This document shows, piece after piece, positions 13,203-37,843 of a stretch of 64,000 nucleotides of DNA. Position 1 is the stretch's first letter. Each line of letters begins with the position of its first letter. Under the pieces are notes generated by a model. It had not been told where the DNA came from. It ran no database searches and saw only the letters and a list, made by a program, of their open reading frames with translations. A program made the translations under genes and the position numbers. The stretch comes from Amoebidium appalachense (Eukaryota; Protista; Ichthyosporea). The stretch spans positions 13,253,088 through 13,317,087 of the forward strand of contig CAVNZM010000004.1 in NCBI GenBank assembly GCA_963693365.1, given 5' to 3'.

Positions 13203-13256
<54 letters not shown>

Positions 13257-13257
13257 C

Positions 13258-13319
<62 letters not shown>

Positions 13320-13910
13320 TGTGTGTGTGTGTGTGTGCACGCGCGCGCATGCGTGTGGGTGGGTGGTGTTAAAGCTACTTCACGGCGTGTGTCCGTCCTT
13401 GCCTGTTGTCTCACTGTTTGTAAGGTGCATATGCACTTGCACATAACTTATGTGAACAACACACGCGCTTGTAAGGCTCTCTCAGGCTGTTTGTATGCGT
13501 GCACGTGTATCTGCGTGCGTTGCACATCATGATGTGCTTGTTCTTGTTGGCCCTGTTTGTCCCTGTGCTTACAGAGTGCATGGCAGTAAACGTGGAAGGA
13601 GGATCTTGAGAGCGGGAGAAAGAGGGAGGGGGGGGGAGGGGGGGGGGGGGAGGGGGGGGGGAAGCGCTTCGAGAGCCCCAGAGGGGAGGGTTGATTTCTG
13701 ACCGGGGTGCCTTCTACACGCGTAGCCCACCGTATTTGGATAATATTGCATGCTCCAGAAACGTTTCTTGCCAAGTTTATTGGTGTTCTATTTGCTTGTG
13801 GCACTTACAGTGTGAAGGCGTGGCGAAGGTGTTCTAAAATGCATCTAAAATTAAAAAACTAAAACAGGCTCGAATCGAAGAAAGTTCCAAAACATTTATG
13901 GCTAGTACAG

Positions 13911-13964
13911 GCTGTTTTTGATTGGCTTATTCTAACGGTCGTTCCGAAAAACCAATCAGAACAG
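13911..13964. promoter_or_regulatory. Inverted CCAAT-box pair upstream of the glycosyltransferase (or MITE remnant)
   Basis: ctgtttttgattgg...ccaatcagaacag about 400 bp upstream of ATG 14332. Confidence 0.35.
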
Positions 13965-14331
13965 ACATCTGCTTAGCTAGGGAATTCTATTCGCATTCCG
14001 TTAACCTACGTTGCTGCCCTCCTGTGTTCAGTGTACATACGTGTGTAATGGTGTTATTTTCTCTGTCGTTCTCCTTTACGAGGGGTATTTAGTATAAAAT
14101 GATTGATTATTCAGGAGTTAAGAAACAACACCCTGTACTTGCACGTAGCTACACAAGCAAAAAGCATGGTCTGCCTTTTCGCTTTAGCCTGACAAGCTAC
14201 ACCCCTTACGAATCCTTTCATAGTGCACACCTTACTCTTGCCACCAAAGCAGTCAGCTAACGTCAAAAAGAACCTACACCGAAACTTTCCCTAGAAACAT
14301 TAAACTCTAAGGCACACATACATTATCAACC

Positions 14332-15639
14332 ATGTCCTCTTCACGTATTCTTTGGGGTGGTGAGCTAAAAGAAGGCGACCCAGGCAACCGAAACCCCCTA
14401 GTAGTTGCGCGGGCCACTTTAAACGTCCGCCGATCCCTTGCTGCCGCACTCAGTGTCGTTGTTCTCCTTTTTCTGTTCTACCAAGTCAGTAGGCCCCCTG
14501 TGACCCTGTCGATAGAAGCTACTAGCATTGAGGGTCTTGCTTCAGCAAATATAAACTCATTAATAGAGCAAACTCGAAAGCAGGAAGGGGATAGCTTGCC
14601 ACCAGTGGTAAAGCAAGTTCAGTTGGACGAGGAAGCAGAGTATATGGTTGCACAAAACCAACCGCCACCACCACTTTCTGACACCCCCACACCACCTGCG
14701 GTTGAGACACCAGAGACACATGGAACAGCGTCAGCTATCCCTTCTTCCCAAACACCCGCGGAAACACGTTTGGAACCAACATCTGCCCTTCAGTTCGCAA
14801 ACTCCACAACCGAACCTAGCGAGGTGCCCGTCATACCATTTGTCAACATCGTGTTTGCTTTCCGCGACCGCCTCCCAAGGTTGGTGAACCTTCTAAGTCG
14901 GCTGGAGCGCATTAGCACCGACTATGGCGACACACGGTTCCGCGTTATTGTCTCCGACTACGACTCGCCGCTGAAAACAGTGGAGGCCACACGATACATC
15001 CTCAATAGTTGGGCACACGAAACAGGGATAGAGGTCAAATACGTTAATGTTCCGATCCCCAAGCCGCAGGATCCAAGCAAGGGGGTGACGTTTAACAAGG
15101 CCCTTACCATAGTACACGGGGTGAATTTGGTAACTAATGCAGACGACATAGTATTCATCTGTGACGTGGACATGTATCTACCTCTCAATATCTTTGATGC
15201 TGTACGGGAAAACTGCGAGAAAGGAGTGAGGTTCTATGCCCCTGTTTGCTTTTCCCTGTCCCAGCCCGCTGACGGTATGGACCAGTATCTTGGCGCCGGT
15301 GAGCGTCGGACACCAGGGAGAAAAACAGATGCAGCTCAGATTGAGAAGGCGTCACTTGGTAAGGATTCGAACGAGAGGCAGCCGGGAAGAGGGTTGGGCT
15401 TTTGGAGACACTCTGGCTATGGCAATGTTGCCTTGTACAAGTATGACTGGAATAGGGTGGGTGATGTAGTGGGCCAGTTTATTAATCAGAGTAAGTGGGG
15501 CCACGAGGACTTGCATATATTTGGGGAGTTGAATGCAAAACTGAAGGCAGAGAGGAACGAGTTGAGGGGGTTTTACCACTTGTGGCACCCACGGGCTGAG
15601 TGGCAGGTGGATAACGGAGAGCATAAGGGTGTGCTATAG
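14332..15639 (+). CDS. Type II membrane beta-1,4-N-acetylgalactosaminyltransferase-like glycosyltransferase (GT7/CHGN family), single exon
   Basis: 435-aa uninterrupted ORF: N-terminal TM (LAAALSVVVLLFLFY), Pro/Thr-rich stem, then FICDVDM (DxD), FYAPVCFS, GFWRHSGYG, YKYDWNRVG, KWGHEDL and RGFYHLWH, as in CSGALNACT/B4GALNT3-4 catalytic domains. Confidence 0.9.
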   Translation: MSSSRILWGGELKEGDPGNRNPLVVARATLNVRRSLAAALSVVVLLFLFYQVSRPPVTLSIEATSIEGLASANINSLIEQTRKQEGDSLPPVVKQVQLDEEAEYMVAQNQPPPPLSDTPTPPAVETPETHGTASAIPSSQTPAETRLEPTSALQFANSTTEPSEVPVIPFVNIVFAFRDRLPRLVNLLSRLERISTDYGDTRFRVIVSDYDSPLKTVEATRYILNSWAHETGIEVKYVNVPIPKPQDPSKGVTFNKALTIVHGVNLVTNADDIVFICDVDMYLPLNIFDAVRENCEKGVRFYAPVCFSLSQPADGMDQYLGAGERRTPGRKTDAAQIEKASLGKDSNERQPGRGLGFWRHSGYGNVALYKYDWNRVGDVVGQFINQSKWGHEDLHIFGELNAKLKAERNELRGFYHLWHPRAEWQVDNGEHKGVL

Positions 15640-15819
15640 CCCCAGAGTTTATACTATGGGGTGTGTATATAGGCATTTTCAGGCCTGTTTTAGTAAGAAC
15701 ACTGATGTGTTTTTTTTTCTTTTTCTTTTTTATCTTATGGCTTTTCTGAGATTCTGGGGCCTAGGTCATTTGCAAGGCCGTTGGGCGTGTTCGACCTTAC
15801 AAATGCCAGTCGCGCTTCT

Positions 15820-15892
15820 TTAAAGACCATTATAGTTTTTTTAAAAAATGTAAATTTATAAAGCACACCACATAAGGCTCCGGTGTCTTTAA
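15820..15892. mobile_element. Possible tiny TTAA-flanked MITE or remnant
   Basis: ttaaagac...gtctttaa termini around an AT-rich core, in the 3' flank of the GT gene. Confidence 0.4.
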
Positions 15893-16384
15893 CCATCTTT
15901 TGGTGGTAACTCGTTACCTTCAGGCATTTTTTCCCCGAAGAAGTTGTTTCCTGGGTGCGGTGACTGTGTGAAGATGGTGGGGGATCCGGAAAAACGTGGT
16001 CGGTAGGTGCCCCTATGTAAGAAAACTTGTATACAAGTGCCACCGGTGATGCTTGACGGCAGGTTTGAATAAGCAAACCATAAAATCCGTACATGGTTTC
16101 TTCCAAAGCTATGCAACATACTTCTAGGGCCGACTGAACTCGTATAGTACCTTATGGGCACCCGGGGCGTGTCGAAACCCCCCTGCGTGCGCTGTACCTG
16201 CGCACACACACCCGCACCGGACGCGGCACGCGCTCACACAAAACAAAAAAGTAGTACACACCACGCACACACACACACACACAGCCTGGAGAGAGAAGAG
16301 AGAGAGGGAGAGAGAGAGAGCTGGAGAGAGAGAGAGAGAGAGGGAGAGGGAGCTATCTAGAGGGAGAGAGAGTGTGAGAGAGAG

Positions 16385-16476
<92 letters not shown>

Positions 16477-18741
16477 CACACACAAACGCTCACTCACTCA
16501 CGCGGACACGTCTCTCCGACACATATGCACCCAAAATATGCACCCACCCCCAACACCACACACCCACGCACCACCCATGCATCCATCCCGGGGCGACAAG
16601 CAAACAAAGCACATGAACACTATGGCCGTCTGAGGGACGCCCCCTTCGCAGAGGGTGAAAGTGATAGTAAGAAAAACTACAGTATTGATCTGCACTACCA
16701 GTGTGTGTGCACTTCAAGCGAGCTCGACTGACCAGCGGGGGCCAAACATGTCAGCCTTACAGCTGGCACGTGCTCTAGCTTGTATGTACGATAAATCGGC
16801 GCTAGCTGGCTGAGATGCAGTTCACCTATTGTAAATTAATAAAAAGTGTTTCTAAAAAAAAATCGGTCTCTACGTGCGTTTTGTGCCCCTATTCAGCTAT
16901 GCCTTTATTAAGAGTACAAAAGTTTCGCACCCTAGCTGTGTGATGTCATCTCGCCGGGTAGCTCTATTTTTCAAGGTAGGTGAGTCACGTGTTCAGCCGC
17001 TCTCCGTATCGTCCGCGTCTCCTTGAAAAATAAGAGCTACCTTCTGGGTAGCAGGCCTTACGGTACTGTATACGTACGCCCCGCTCCGCGCCAGATATCC
17101 CCGGCCACGGCCCACGGCCGTCTCGAAAAATCTATTTTTATCTTTCTATTTTTAGTAATACTTTTACATTTTGGTAGTATCGATATCCCCTGCGCAGCGG
17201 GGTCACGTGAATGTGATAATACCTTGGAATGAAGGGAATGCAAGGTATGTGCCGTTTTATCCCGGCAAGTTAACGTTCACTGTACGTGACTGGCAAGTCC
17301 CGCCCTGAGACTGACGGCGGACTCGGTGGCCGTTGTCGAGCTTCCGTGTCACTCGTGCCTACACATCATGCATGACTAGTAATTATTAGTTGGCACTAAT
17401 AGTTACTGTGCATCCAACCAATATTATTATTACGCACACTATACTTGTAGTGGCACAGTACTCCAGCTGCTACTGAGGTGAGGTCAATACTCAAACAACA
17501 AAGTATGCACACATGCATGCTTCTTGGAAGTTGGAGCTCCTCAGACAGAAGCCCGTTTACACTTGCCTACTAGGTTAGTCTCAAGTCGACATTTTTTTTT
17601 GTAGATATACACGTTATATTAGGTACCAGACATATCGATATTTGATTTGCAGCGTATGTATGGTATAGATGCAATTGAGCCATATGCATCAGTGAGCATG
17701 CACCAGCAAACAACCGTAAATCTGCAAGCCACGACAGTGCCAAAAAATAAACAACAAGTGTAACGCAAAAGAGAGTCGATGCCAGTTTAAAAGCGAGCAA
17801 ATTGAGTCTTATCAAATCAACTACTATGTGTGCCGGATAATTGTAGACTGCTTTCAATCTCAGACTCGAGACTACTCATAATACCACAATAAGTATACAT
17901 ACCTGTCAATATCTATCTATACGAAAGCCAAAAAAAACCTATGCGAAGGTTGCTGTGTTCTGTGAGTATTGGTTCAATGTGACATAGGGGAGGCTCGAGG
18001 ACTGGAAAACAAAATCCTTTCCAGCCGTCCACGAGTTTGTTCCAGGAAACAGCAAAATGAAGTAAATCAAAGGTGAGGCCTTAGTCCAATTATTGTGCTC
18101 CCATTTTTACACCCTGGCTTTCCTTTCTCTCCTCGATTTTTCACAGTGTCTCTTCTAGGTATTCTGTCCACGTGCACTGTTTTGAACGCTTTTATTTGGG
18201 GCCAGTTTACGGACGTCCCAACACATTAGGCCACCCGCATTCATCCCCTTTTACACAGAAGCAAATTTTTGAAACACACCCATGCTCAAAATAGTGTCAC
18301 ATGATACACACACTGTGCGTGCACACGCACATGCCCCCACACTGTTACAAACGTGTACACATCACGCGTGTGCATGCCTTCACAAATTCACACATACACA
18401 CGTGCATGCACACGGACATGCTCATCCTACAGCCACACACGCACGCACACACAGAGAGAGGGGGGGGGGGGGATGGGAGAGAGAGGGGGGGGGGGGGGGT
18501 GGGGGGGGGGGGGGGAAACCCACACAATCACACATTTTGAACCACACAAACATGTACCTGCACACAACACAGGTGGGCCACACGCATATGCTGGCGAGAC
18601 CGTCACACCCTGATACACAAGCGCACATGTTGTCCATCATGACACAGATATACCCACACTCCGTACGGGCGTGCACACACACAGACACACACAAACACAC
18701 AAACACATGCACACACACACACATACACACACACACACACT

Positions 18742-18826
<85 letters not shown>

Positions 18827-18993
18827 ACACACACACACATCGTGACACGTATGCGCGCACACACGCGCGCGCACACACACCACACACACACACAACCACG
18901 GGGTGCAGGCAGGCACACTTGCAGAATCACAGGCATACATGAACACTGTTGCACTCAATACACATGTTCAGCACAGATACACCAGCCACATGC

Positions 18994-19054
<61 letters not shown>

Positions 19055-19357
19055 CACGCACGCTTAATCGTGCGTGTGCACGCATATACATGCACGCCTG
19101 CACTCCTACACACCCACACACACACACACTTCATGGAGTCCCTCACTTGCGTCCACGCTCTTGCTCACATTCTTATTATCACACAGACACGTACATGCAC
19201 ACACACTCACTCACTCACACACTCACACACACTCACACACACACACCTACTCACACCACACACACACACACAATCACCTACGCGCACACACCAACAACCA
19301 TACACCCATCAGCAACAGTACCTTGGGGAAGAAACAATCATCACTCCCATTGGCAGC

Positions 19358-31281
<11,924 letters not shown>

Positions 31282-31480
31282 CAAGACTGGGAACTAAGTT
31301 ACACAGGAATAAGGAACAAGAAAAGCAAACATGCACGAGAGTGTTTCACTGTGTCTTATCAATACATGGCAAAATGAAGGACGCATGTGTGTGTTCGTGC
31401 GTGTGTGTGTATGTGTGTGCGTGTGTGTGTGCTTGTGTGCGTGTGTGCGTGTGCGTGCGTGCGTGCGTGCGTGCGTGCGC

Positions 31481-31515
<35 letters not shown>

Positions 31516-31918
31516 TGTGTGTTGTTTGTGCGTGCGTGCGTGCCTGTGTACCTGTGTGCCTGTGTGCCTGTTTTCAGGACATCGGGACGCGCGGGGGGGG
31601 AGGGGGCTTTGTGGTGGGGGGGGGGGGGGGGGGGGGGGGGGGAGGGGGGGGAGGGGGGGGAGGGGGGGAGGGGGGGGAGGGGGGGAGGGGGGGGGGAGGG
31701 GGGGGGGAGGGGGGGAGGGGGGAGGGGGGGGGGGGGGAGGGGGGTGGGGGGAGGGGGGTAAACACTGGGAATGCCAAGACCCGTATTCCCTTTCTCACCG
31801 TATGACGTCATCACCTCAGGGGCTCTTCCTCTGGCATGCCAGACGACTGCACGAAGTATCAGCCTCTGCAGACCCAACAGCCGAGGTGGGCTACACACAT
31901 AAGCTCCTGTTTTGATTC

Positions 31919-31964
<46 letters not shown>

Positions 31965-32115
31965 CACCACCACCACCACCAGACACACACAAATACAACA
32001 TACGAACACAAGAACACACATACACTCCCACGGATCACACCACAACCTTCAACCCACACACTTACAGAAATTCGAGAGACAAACCAGCTTTTATATATAT
32101 CATAGCATATATCTA

Positions 32116-32158
<43 letters not shown>

Positions 32159-32217
32159 CTAGCGGTTGCTGCTGCTGTTGTTGTCGTTGTTGTTGTTGTT
32201 TTGGGGGGGAAGTGGGG

Positions 32218-32280
<63 letters not shown>

Positions 32281-33133
32281 AGAGGGAGAGAGAGGGAGAG
32301 AGAGAGAGAGAGAGAGAAACCCGATACCCACATTCGTGATCCAGAACTGAAAAGGCAGGAAACAGAAAGCTATCTTTTTTTGTTTGTTTGGGGGGGGGGG
32401 GGGGGGGCTCCAACTCACACGTTTTCTCCCGATCAAGTCGGTTCCTCTCTATGGTCTATCCGCCAATATACCCTGACACTTTGCCATAAGCTTTTTCATT
32501 TTCCCTCCACGTGCCACCAAACCGTATACATAATACCCGATTCAGGCGAATAGTTGACATGAAGATCCTCTATCTGTGTTGAAACAGTGCCAGCCCCCAC
32601 CAATTCCCATGCATGCGTTCCGGTGTTCTAATCCAATCAAATCCGTTCACTGCAGGCCTTACATAGCAAGTGGAATGCAAGGCCCAACGAACCATGGGCA
32701 CAGATGAGCTGCCATCCACGTGTGATTGGAGGATTACCGGGGATGAACACCTTCTATTGTATTTCAACAAGACTTCAAAGTGCATATTGCGTTGTGTATG
32801 TATGGCTAACACTTTTAGCACCACAACATCAACTTAGTAAGAAAAACATTCACAATGTGGCACAGGTTGAACCCAGCAAACAGTAGATTAAACACAGGCA
32901 CAAAAGGCATGTGGTAGTAGAAGTTTTATGAAGGAGGGCTTATAGACAGCAACCACACACACCGGCAAGTTACCGTACACGCATACGTGCACACACACAC
33001 ACGCATGTCAAATACACATCAAGACTGTTACAGCTGTACAGCACACACAGTCCTTCATGTGCACATACCTTTACCAAGAATGTGTATACATGCACACACG
33101 CCCACTGCCTCACAACCACACAACTGCACGCAG

Positions 33134-33169
<36 letters not shown>

Positions 33170-33184
33170 TCACACTCACACACT

Positions 33185-33215
<31 letters not shown>

Positions 33216-33216
33216 A

Positions 33217-33254
<38 letters not shown>

Positions 33255-33320
33255 CATGCACACGTGCACCCACACTCGCGCACACCCACACACCAACACA
33301 CACACACACACACCCACGCC

Positions 33321-33408
<88 letters not shown>

Positions 33409-34479
33409 AAACTCGCGTGCGCAAACACACACACACACATACACACAAGCGCTCACACACACACACATACACACACACAGCGCACAACACTCAGGCACGT
33501 CAGACACACAAACGTAACGGACAACACAGCTAGTTCTGAAACACGCAAACACAAAGGCAAACAAACCGTGTGTGAACACAACCCACCTAGCCACGCGCAA
33601 CACCACCAAACATGCACGTGGGCTCTGCCAAACTTAGCAGGAAATAGTATTAGCCTAATCCCCCGAAACCCCTGTGAGTACTTTGGTCCGACCCATAGTG
33701 GATCATATTTGTATGGCCAAAATGCCGTCACACACACACATTACCGTACGTATGTTAGCTATGTAGGACAATATGCATCGAATGTGCAGCGCCAGGCAGC
33801 GCGTGAATAAATGAAAGTACAAGTCATTACGTGTCGCGGTGCGGGGGTGACCAAAAAATCTTGCCCAGAAGCCATGTGCTATTCCTTGTGTTCGTACTGG
33901 CAGCCTATAACAGGCTGTGCCCATTTGCCAGCCTATCCGGGATAGTCGAGATCACTCCTTCCATCCTATCCGGGTGCTAGTATTAATATTGAGAGCGCAA
34001 GTATGCAAGTTGGGGTATAATATGTGACGCTGTGGCACGAATAACAGCATTAATGCCATTTGCTTTTGCGTGTTTATATAATATTACTAAGTTTGAATTG
34101 TTTTATTTAGGGCTAAAGGTACCTTGCAACCCAACACACTTGTATAGGCCAGATGCCATCTTATAAATTAAATAGATCGACCCAGCCCAGCAAGTCGAAG
34201 GCCCTTAAGGTGCAATAGACCGCCTCGGCCTACTCTGATTTTCCAAAAACGGATATTTACTTGAAACCCTTAATGTGAGCAACTATTCTGGCAAGTTGAA
34301 GCACCCCCACTGTCGTCGTATTTATTACCATACCAGGCTGTTGGCCTATCGATGATCATACCCTGTCTGTGTGAATGCCCTTAGACTTTTTGTAGTGTTC
34401 TTGTTAAATTAGCAGCGTGTTCTGAGCAACCAAAGAAAATAAACTCGCAGCCTTGCAGCCTGAGAGGGCAGGGGCCCTT

Positions 34480-34519
<40 letters not shown>

Positions 34520-34893
34520 GCAAAGGGGGACATTAGATTTCATGTGACTCAAAACTATGTGCAAAAAATTTCAGGTGAGTCTACACATTTAGGACATCCA
34601 GCGGAAAAAAATCCCAGCGCAAAAATATGCTTAACAACCTTCCTCCCGTGTGACCCTTCCTACCCTTTGACCCCCTTTAAATTGGCAGATTACATGATTC
34701 ACATCCTATATGGCTTATTCTAACTAATACCCAAATTTCGATCATATCAGGTGCCAAAGTTTAACATAGAGTCACTTGGACTAGACCTATTCACTCAAGG
34801 TTCTGGGGGCCCTTCCCTTTTCCTTTGATCAAGTTTTTTTCTCCTCCAGAAGGGAGAAGGAAGAAAGGGAGGGGGGGGGGGGGGGGGGGGGGG

Positions 34894-35145
34894 GGTACGT
34901 ATACGGTTCATATATTGTGGTGCACTTCGAAGCCGGGGGGAAAGGCGGAAGAAAGGGGGGGGGGGGGGGGATTTTACGTTCAAGTCTTGTCCTGCAGCTG
35001 TGCATTTTGGAAAAAGCTTCGAAGTGCACCACAACGTATCAACCGTGTACGTACCTACCCAAAATGCACAGCTGCAGGACTCGACTTGAACGTAAAATCC
35101 CCCCTCCCCCCCCCCCCCCCCCCCCCTTTCCGCCTTTCCCCCCGG
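34894..35145. repeat. Interleaved inverted repeats A-B-A'-B'
   Basis: A 34894-34933 is the reverse complement of 35016-35055; B 34933-35010 is the reverse complement of 35059-35145. Confidence 0.9.
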
Positions 35146-36495
35146 GAAAGGAACATTAAAGTATGCAAGGTAAGTGGAGGTGATGATGGTGGAGGTGGTG
35201 GCAGTGGGAAATGTGTACGTGTGTGTGGAGGGGGGGCGGGGGGGGGGGGGGAAGGGAGGGAGCGGAGTGAAAGAAAGAGAGAGAAGCAAGGTATAGATGT
35301 AGCTACGGGCATGCGCAACGGTGTGGGTAAATGAAGGGAATTTGGCGCGGGCAGGCCTGTTTAATGTGACACTGTTAAGGGGGGCAGGTACTTGATTGCA
35401 GTAAGGAAAGAAGCCCCCGAGAAGGACAAGGGGTCGGGTGGGTGGAATGGGGGGGGGGGGGGGGGGGGGGAGGGAGGAGGAGGTTGCAATGCAGTGTGCC
35501 CTGGTATAGGTGCCCGCGGTGTGTGTGTGTGTGTGTGTACGTGTGTCTGTGTGTGTGTGTGTGTGTGCGCGTGCGCGCATGCGCGCGCGTGTGTGCCTGT
35601 GTATGCATGCACGTATGTGCGTATGTGTGTTGGTGTGGGTGTATGTGTGTGTTTGCTGTGTATGTGCGTGTATGTGCGTGTCTGTGTGAGGTGTGTGCGC
35701 GTGTGTGTGTGTGTGTGTAAGTGTGTGTATGTGCTATGTGCCTCTTTGACGCAGGCTGTTTTTTTTTTTTTTCAGGGGGGGGGGATCTTGACGTGCGTGG
35801 TGGTGTGCATGTCCGCAGGCTTTTTTTAATATTTTATTATTATTATCTTTTTTTGTGGGGGGGGGAAGGGGGGGGATTTGACGTGTGTGGTGTGCATGTC
35901 GAAGGGGAAAGGAACCGTTGGGCACACAAGGAAGAACGTGGTGCCATTGATAGAAGGAAATGAAAGCATGTGGGTAGGGGCAAGGGGGATGAGACAGGAG
36001 GAGGGGCAAAGTTGTGTGGAGAGGATTTTGGTTATTTACAATGAGGAGAGAGGAAGGGTAGATAAGTTCATATCAGGCGGACATCACCCAATATTTATGG
36101 AGCAACAGTGTGTGTGTTTGCATGCCTGCGCCTGTGTGTGTGTGCTTGGGTAATGATTCAGGGGGGAGGGGGATAAAGGGGATCCAACCACATGGGTTTC
36201 TGGATCACATGCTCATTTAATATGCCAAACCGTGAAACCCAAGGGCACGCAATACCTAAAAGCGTTTCCTCTCAAGGCCAACATATAAAACGAAGCTTGG
36301 AGCTACATAGCACTTTTCAGATACTATTAATACAAGAAGATGCCCGGGTGCATACCACCAAGCCTGCACTTTGACACCCCGTGGCATTGCTAACAGGTAT
36401 TGTAAGTTCGCCAACTAAACTAATGGCTGAAGACAACGGTGACGAGGCTACAAATATGGGTGTTCGAAACGTGAATCTTTTTAGGTGCAGGCATA

Positions 36496-36526
<31 letters not shown>

Positions 36527-36646
36527 GTCTCACCCCCCCGTCCCCAAAAGAAAAAAAAAAAAAAGAAAAAAAAAAAAAGAAAGAAACACCTGCCTTTGTG
36601 AGGTGTGTCACTCTCTTTCTGTGGCATACTTCAGGCCCTGAGCGCC

Positions 36647-37843
36647 TCAGTGTTTCTTAGGGGGCTTTGTTGTTCCCATAAACTGGTTCATCATAGCAGT
36701 AGGGTTTGACATCAATGCCATGGGGTTAGCCATCTTGCCGCACTTCTTGCAGGGCTTGTAGGGCTTCTTGATGTTACCCATGCCCATGCACTTGTAACAG
36801 GTCGGCATAGACGTAGAGGTGCCGGTTGCAGGGGTTGAGCTTGTGGCTGCATGGGGTTTTTGTGCCGGGGGAGGGGGACCTTGGTAGTAGTTCTGGTTGG
36901 GTTTGTAGGTAGCCCCGGGTGCAGGTGCCCCGCTTTGGAGTGGGTAGCCGACCGGTGGCTGGCCCTGGGGAGGAGGGTAGCCGTAACCCTGCTGGGTTGG
37001 ATAGCCTGGGGCACCGCCTGGGGGAGGGTAGGCCCCCTGCTGCCCAGGGGGAGGGTAGGCCCCTTGAGAAGGAGCATGTGCCGGGGGATAGCTGGGTTGT
37101 GGAGGATAGCCCTGTGCTGGTGGCGGATATGCTGAAGGCGCACCGTGGCCCGACGGCGGAGGGTAGCCCGGGGCAGAACCGGATGTAGGTGGGGGGTAGC
37201 CCGGGGCAGAACCGGATGTCGGTGGGAGGTAGCCCGGGGCAGAACCGGATGTAGGTGGGGGGTAGCCCGGGGCAGAACCGGATGCAGGTGGGGGGTAGCC
37301 CGGGACAGAACCGGATGCAGGTGGCGGGTAGCCCGGGGTGGAGCCGGTTGTGGATGGCGGGTAGCCCGGGGCAGAACCGGCTGTAGGTGGCGGGTAGCCG
37401 GGAGCCGAGCTCGTTGTGGGTGGAGGGTAGGCTCCTGCCGGTGGGGGGTATCCAGCTTGGCTTTGGGGTGCCGACGGGGCACCGCCTTGTGCAGGCAGCG
37501 CGGATGGAGCCTGAGCCGGAGGGGGATAAGGCGAAGGGGTACCTGCAGGCGGGAGGTAGGGCGAGGGAGCACCCTGGGCGGGGGGAGGGTAGCCCGAGGC
37601 CCCCTGTGGTGGATAGCCCCCATGCCCACCGGCCGCAGGTGGCGGGTAGCTGCTGTCAGGCGCCGGAGGTGCGGAAGGGGGTGCACTAGGTGCCTGGGCG
37701 GGGGGAGGGTAGGGGGAGCCGTAGGGCGCGCTTTGCGGTGGGGGGTAGCCCGAGGTCGGTGGCGGGTAGCCTGCCTGGCTCCCAGCAGGGGGGGGATAGC
37801 CAGGGTACCCCTGGCCGGCCTGTGGAGGGGGGTATCCTGACAT
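36647..37843 (-). CDS. Pro/Gly/Tyr-rich (GYPPP-repeat) low-complexity protein with C-terminal DnaJ-type Zn-finger-like motif
   Basis: 398-aa ORF from MSGYPPP (ATG at 37843) with many YPPP units encoded by non-homopolymeric, synonymously varied codons; C-terminal CYKCMGMG...PCKKCG. Confidence 0.85.
   Translation of the reverse strand: MSGYPPPQAGQGYPGYPPPAGSQAGYPPPTSGYPPPQSAPYGSPYPPPAQAPSAPPSAPPAPDSSYPPPAAGGHGGYPPQGASGYPPPAQGAPSPYLPPAGTPSPYPPPAQAPSALPAQGGAPSAPQSQAGYPPPAGAYPPPTTSSAPGYPPPTAGSAPGYPPSTTGSTPGYPPPASGSVPGYPPPASGSAPGYPPPTSGSAPGYLPPTSGSAPGYPPPTSGSAPGYPPPSGHGAPSAYPPPAQGYPPQPSYPPAHAPSQGAYPPPGQQGAYPPPGGAPGYPTQQGYGYPPPQGQPPVGYPLQSGAPAPGATYKPNQNYYQGPPPPAQKPHAATSSTPATGTSTSMPTCYKCMGMGNIKKPYKPCKKCGKMANPMALMSNPTAMMNQFMGTTKPPKKH
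37161..37400 (-). repeat. 33-nt coding tandem repeat (GSAPGYPPPTS units)
   Basis: About 7 imperfect copies of gggtagcccggggcagaaccggatgtaggtggg (as read on +). Confidence 0.85.

Noticed and set aside
32400-32890. Higher-complexity intergenic block with short ORFs
   Set aside because: Stops in all frames and no recognisable family motif; possibly a decayed insertion, but not supportable.
36629-36649. TGA read-through or selenocysteine after KKH
   Set aside because: The next frame gives only 12 unremarkable codons before another TGA, and no SECIS was seen.
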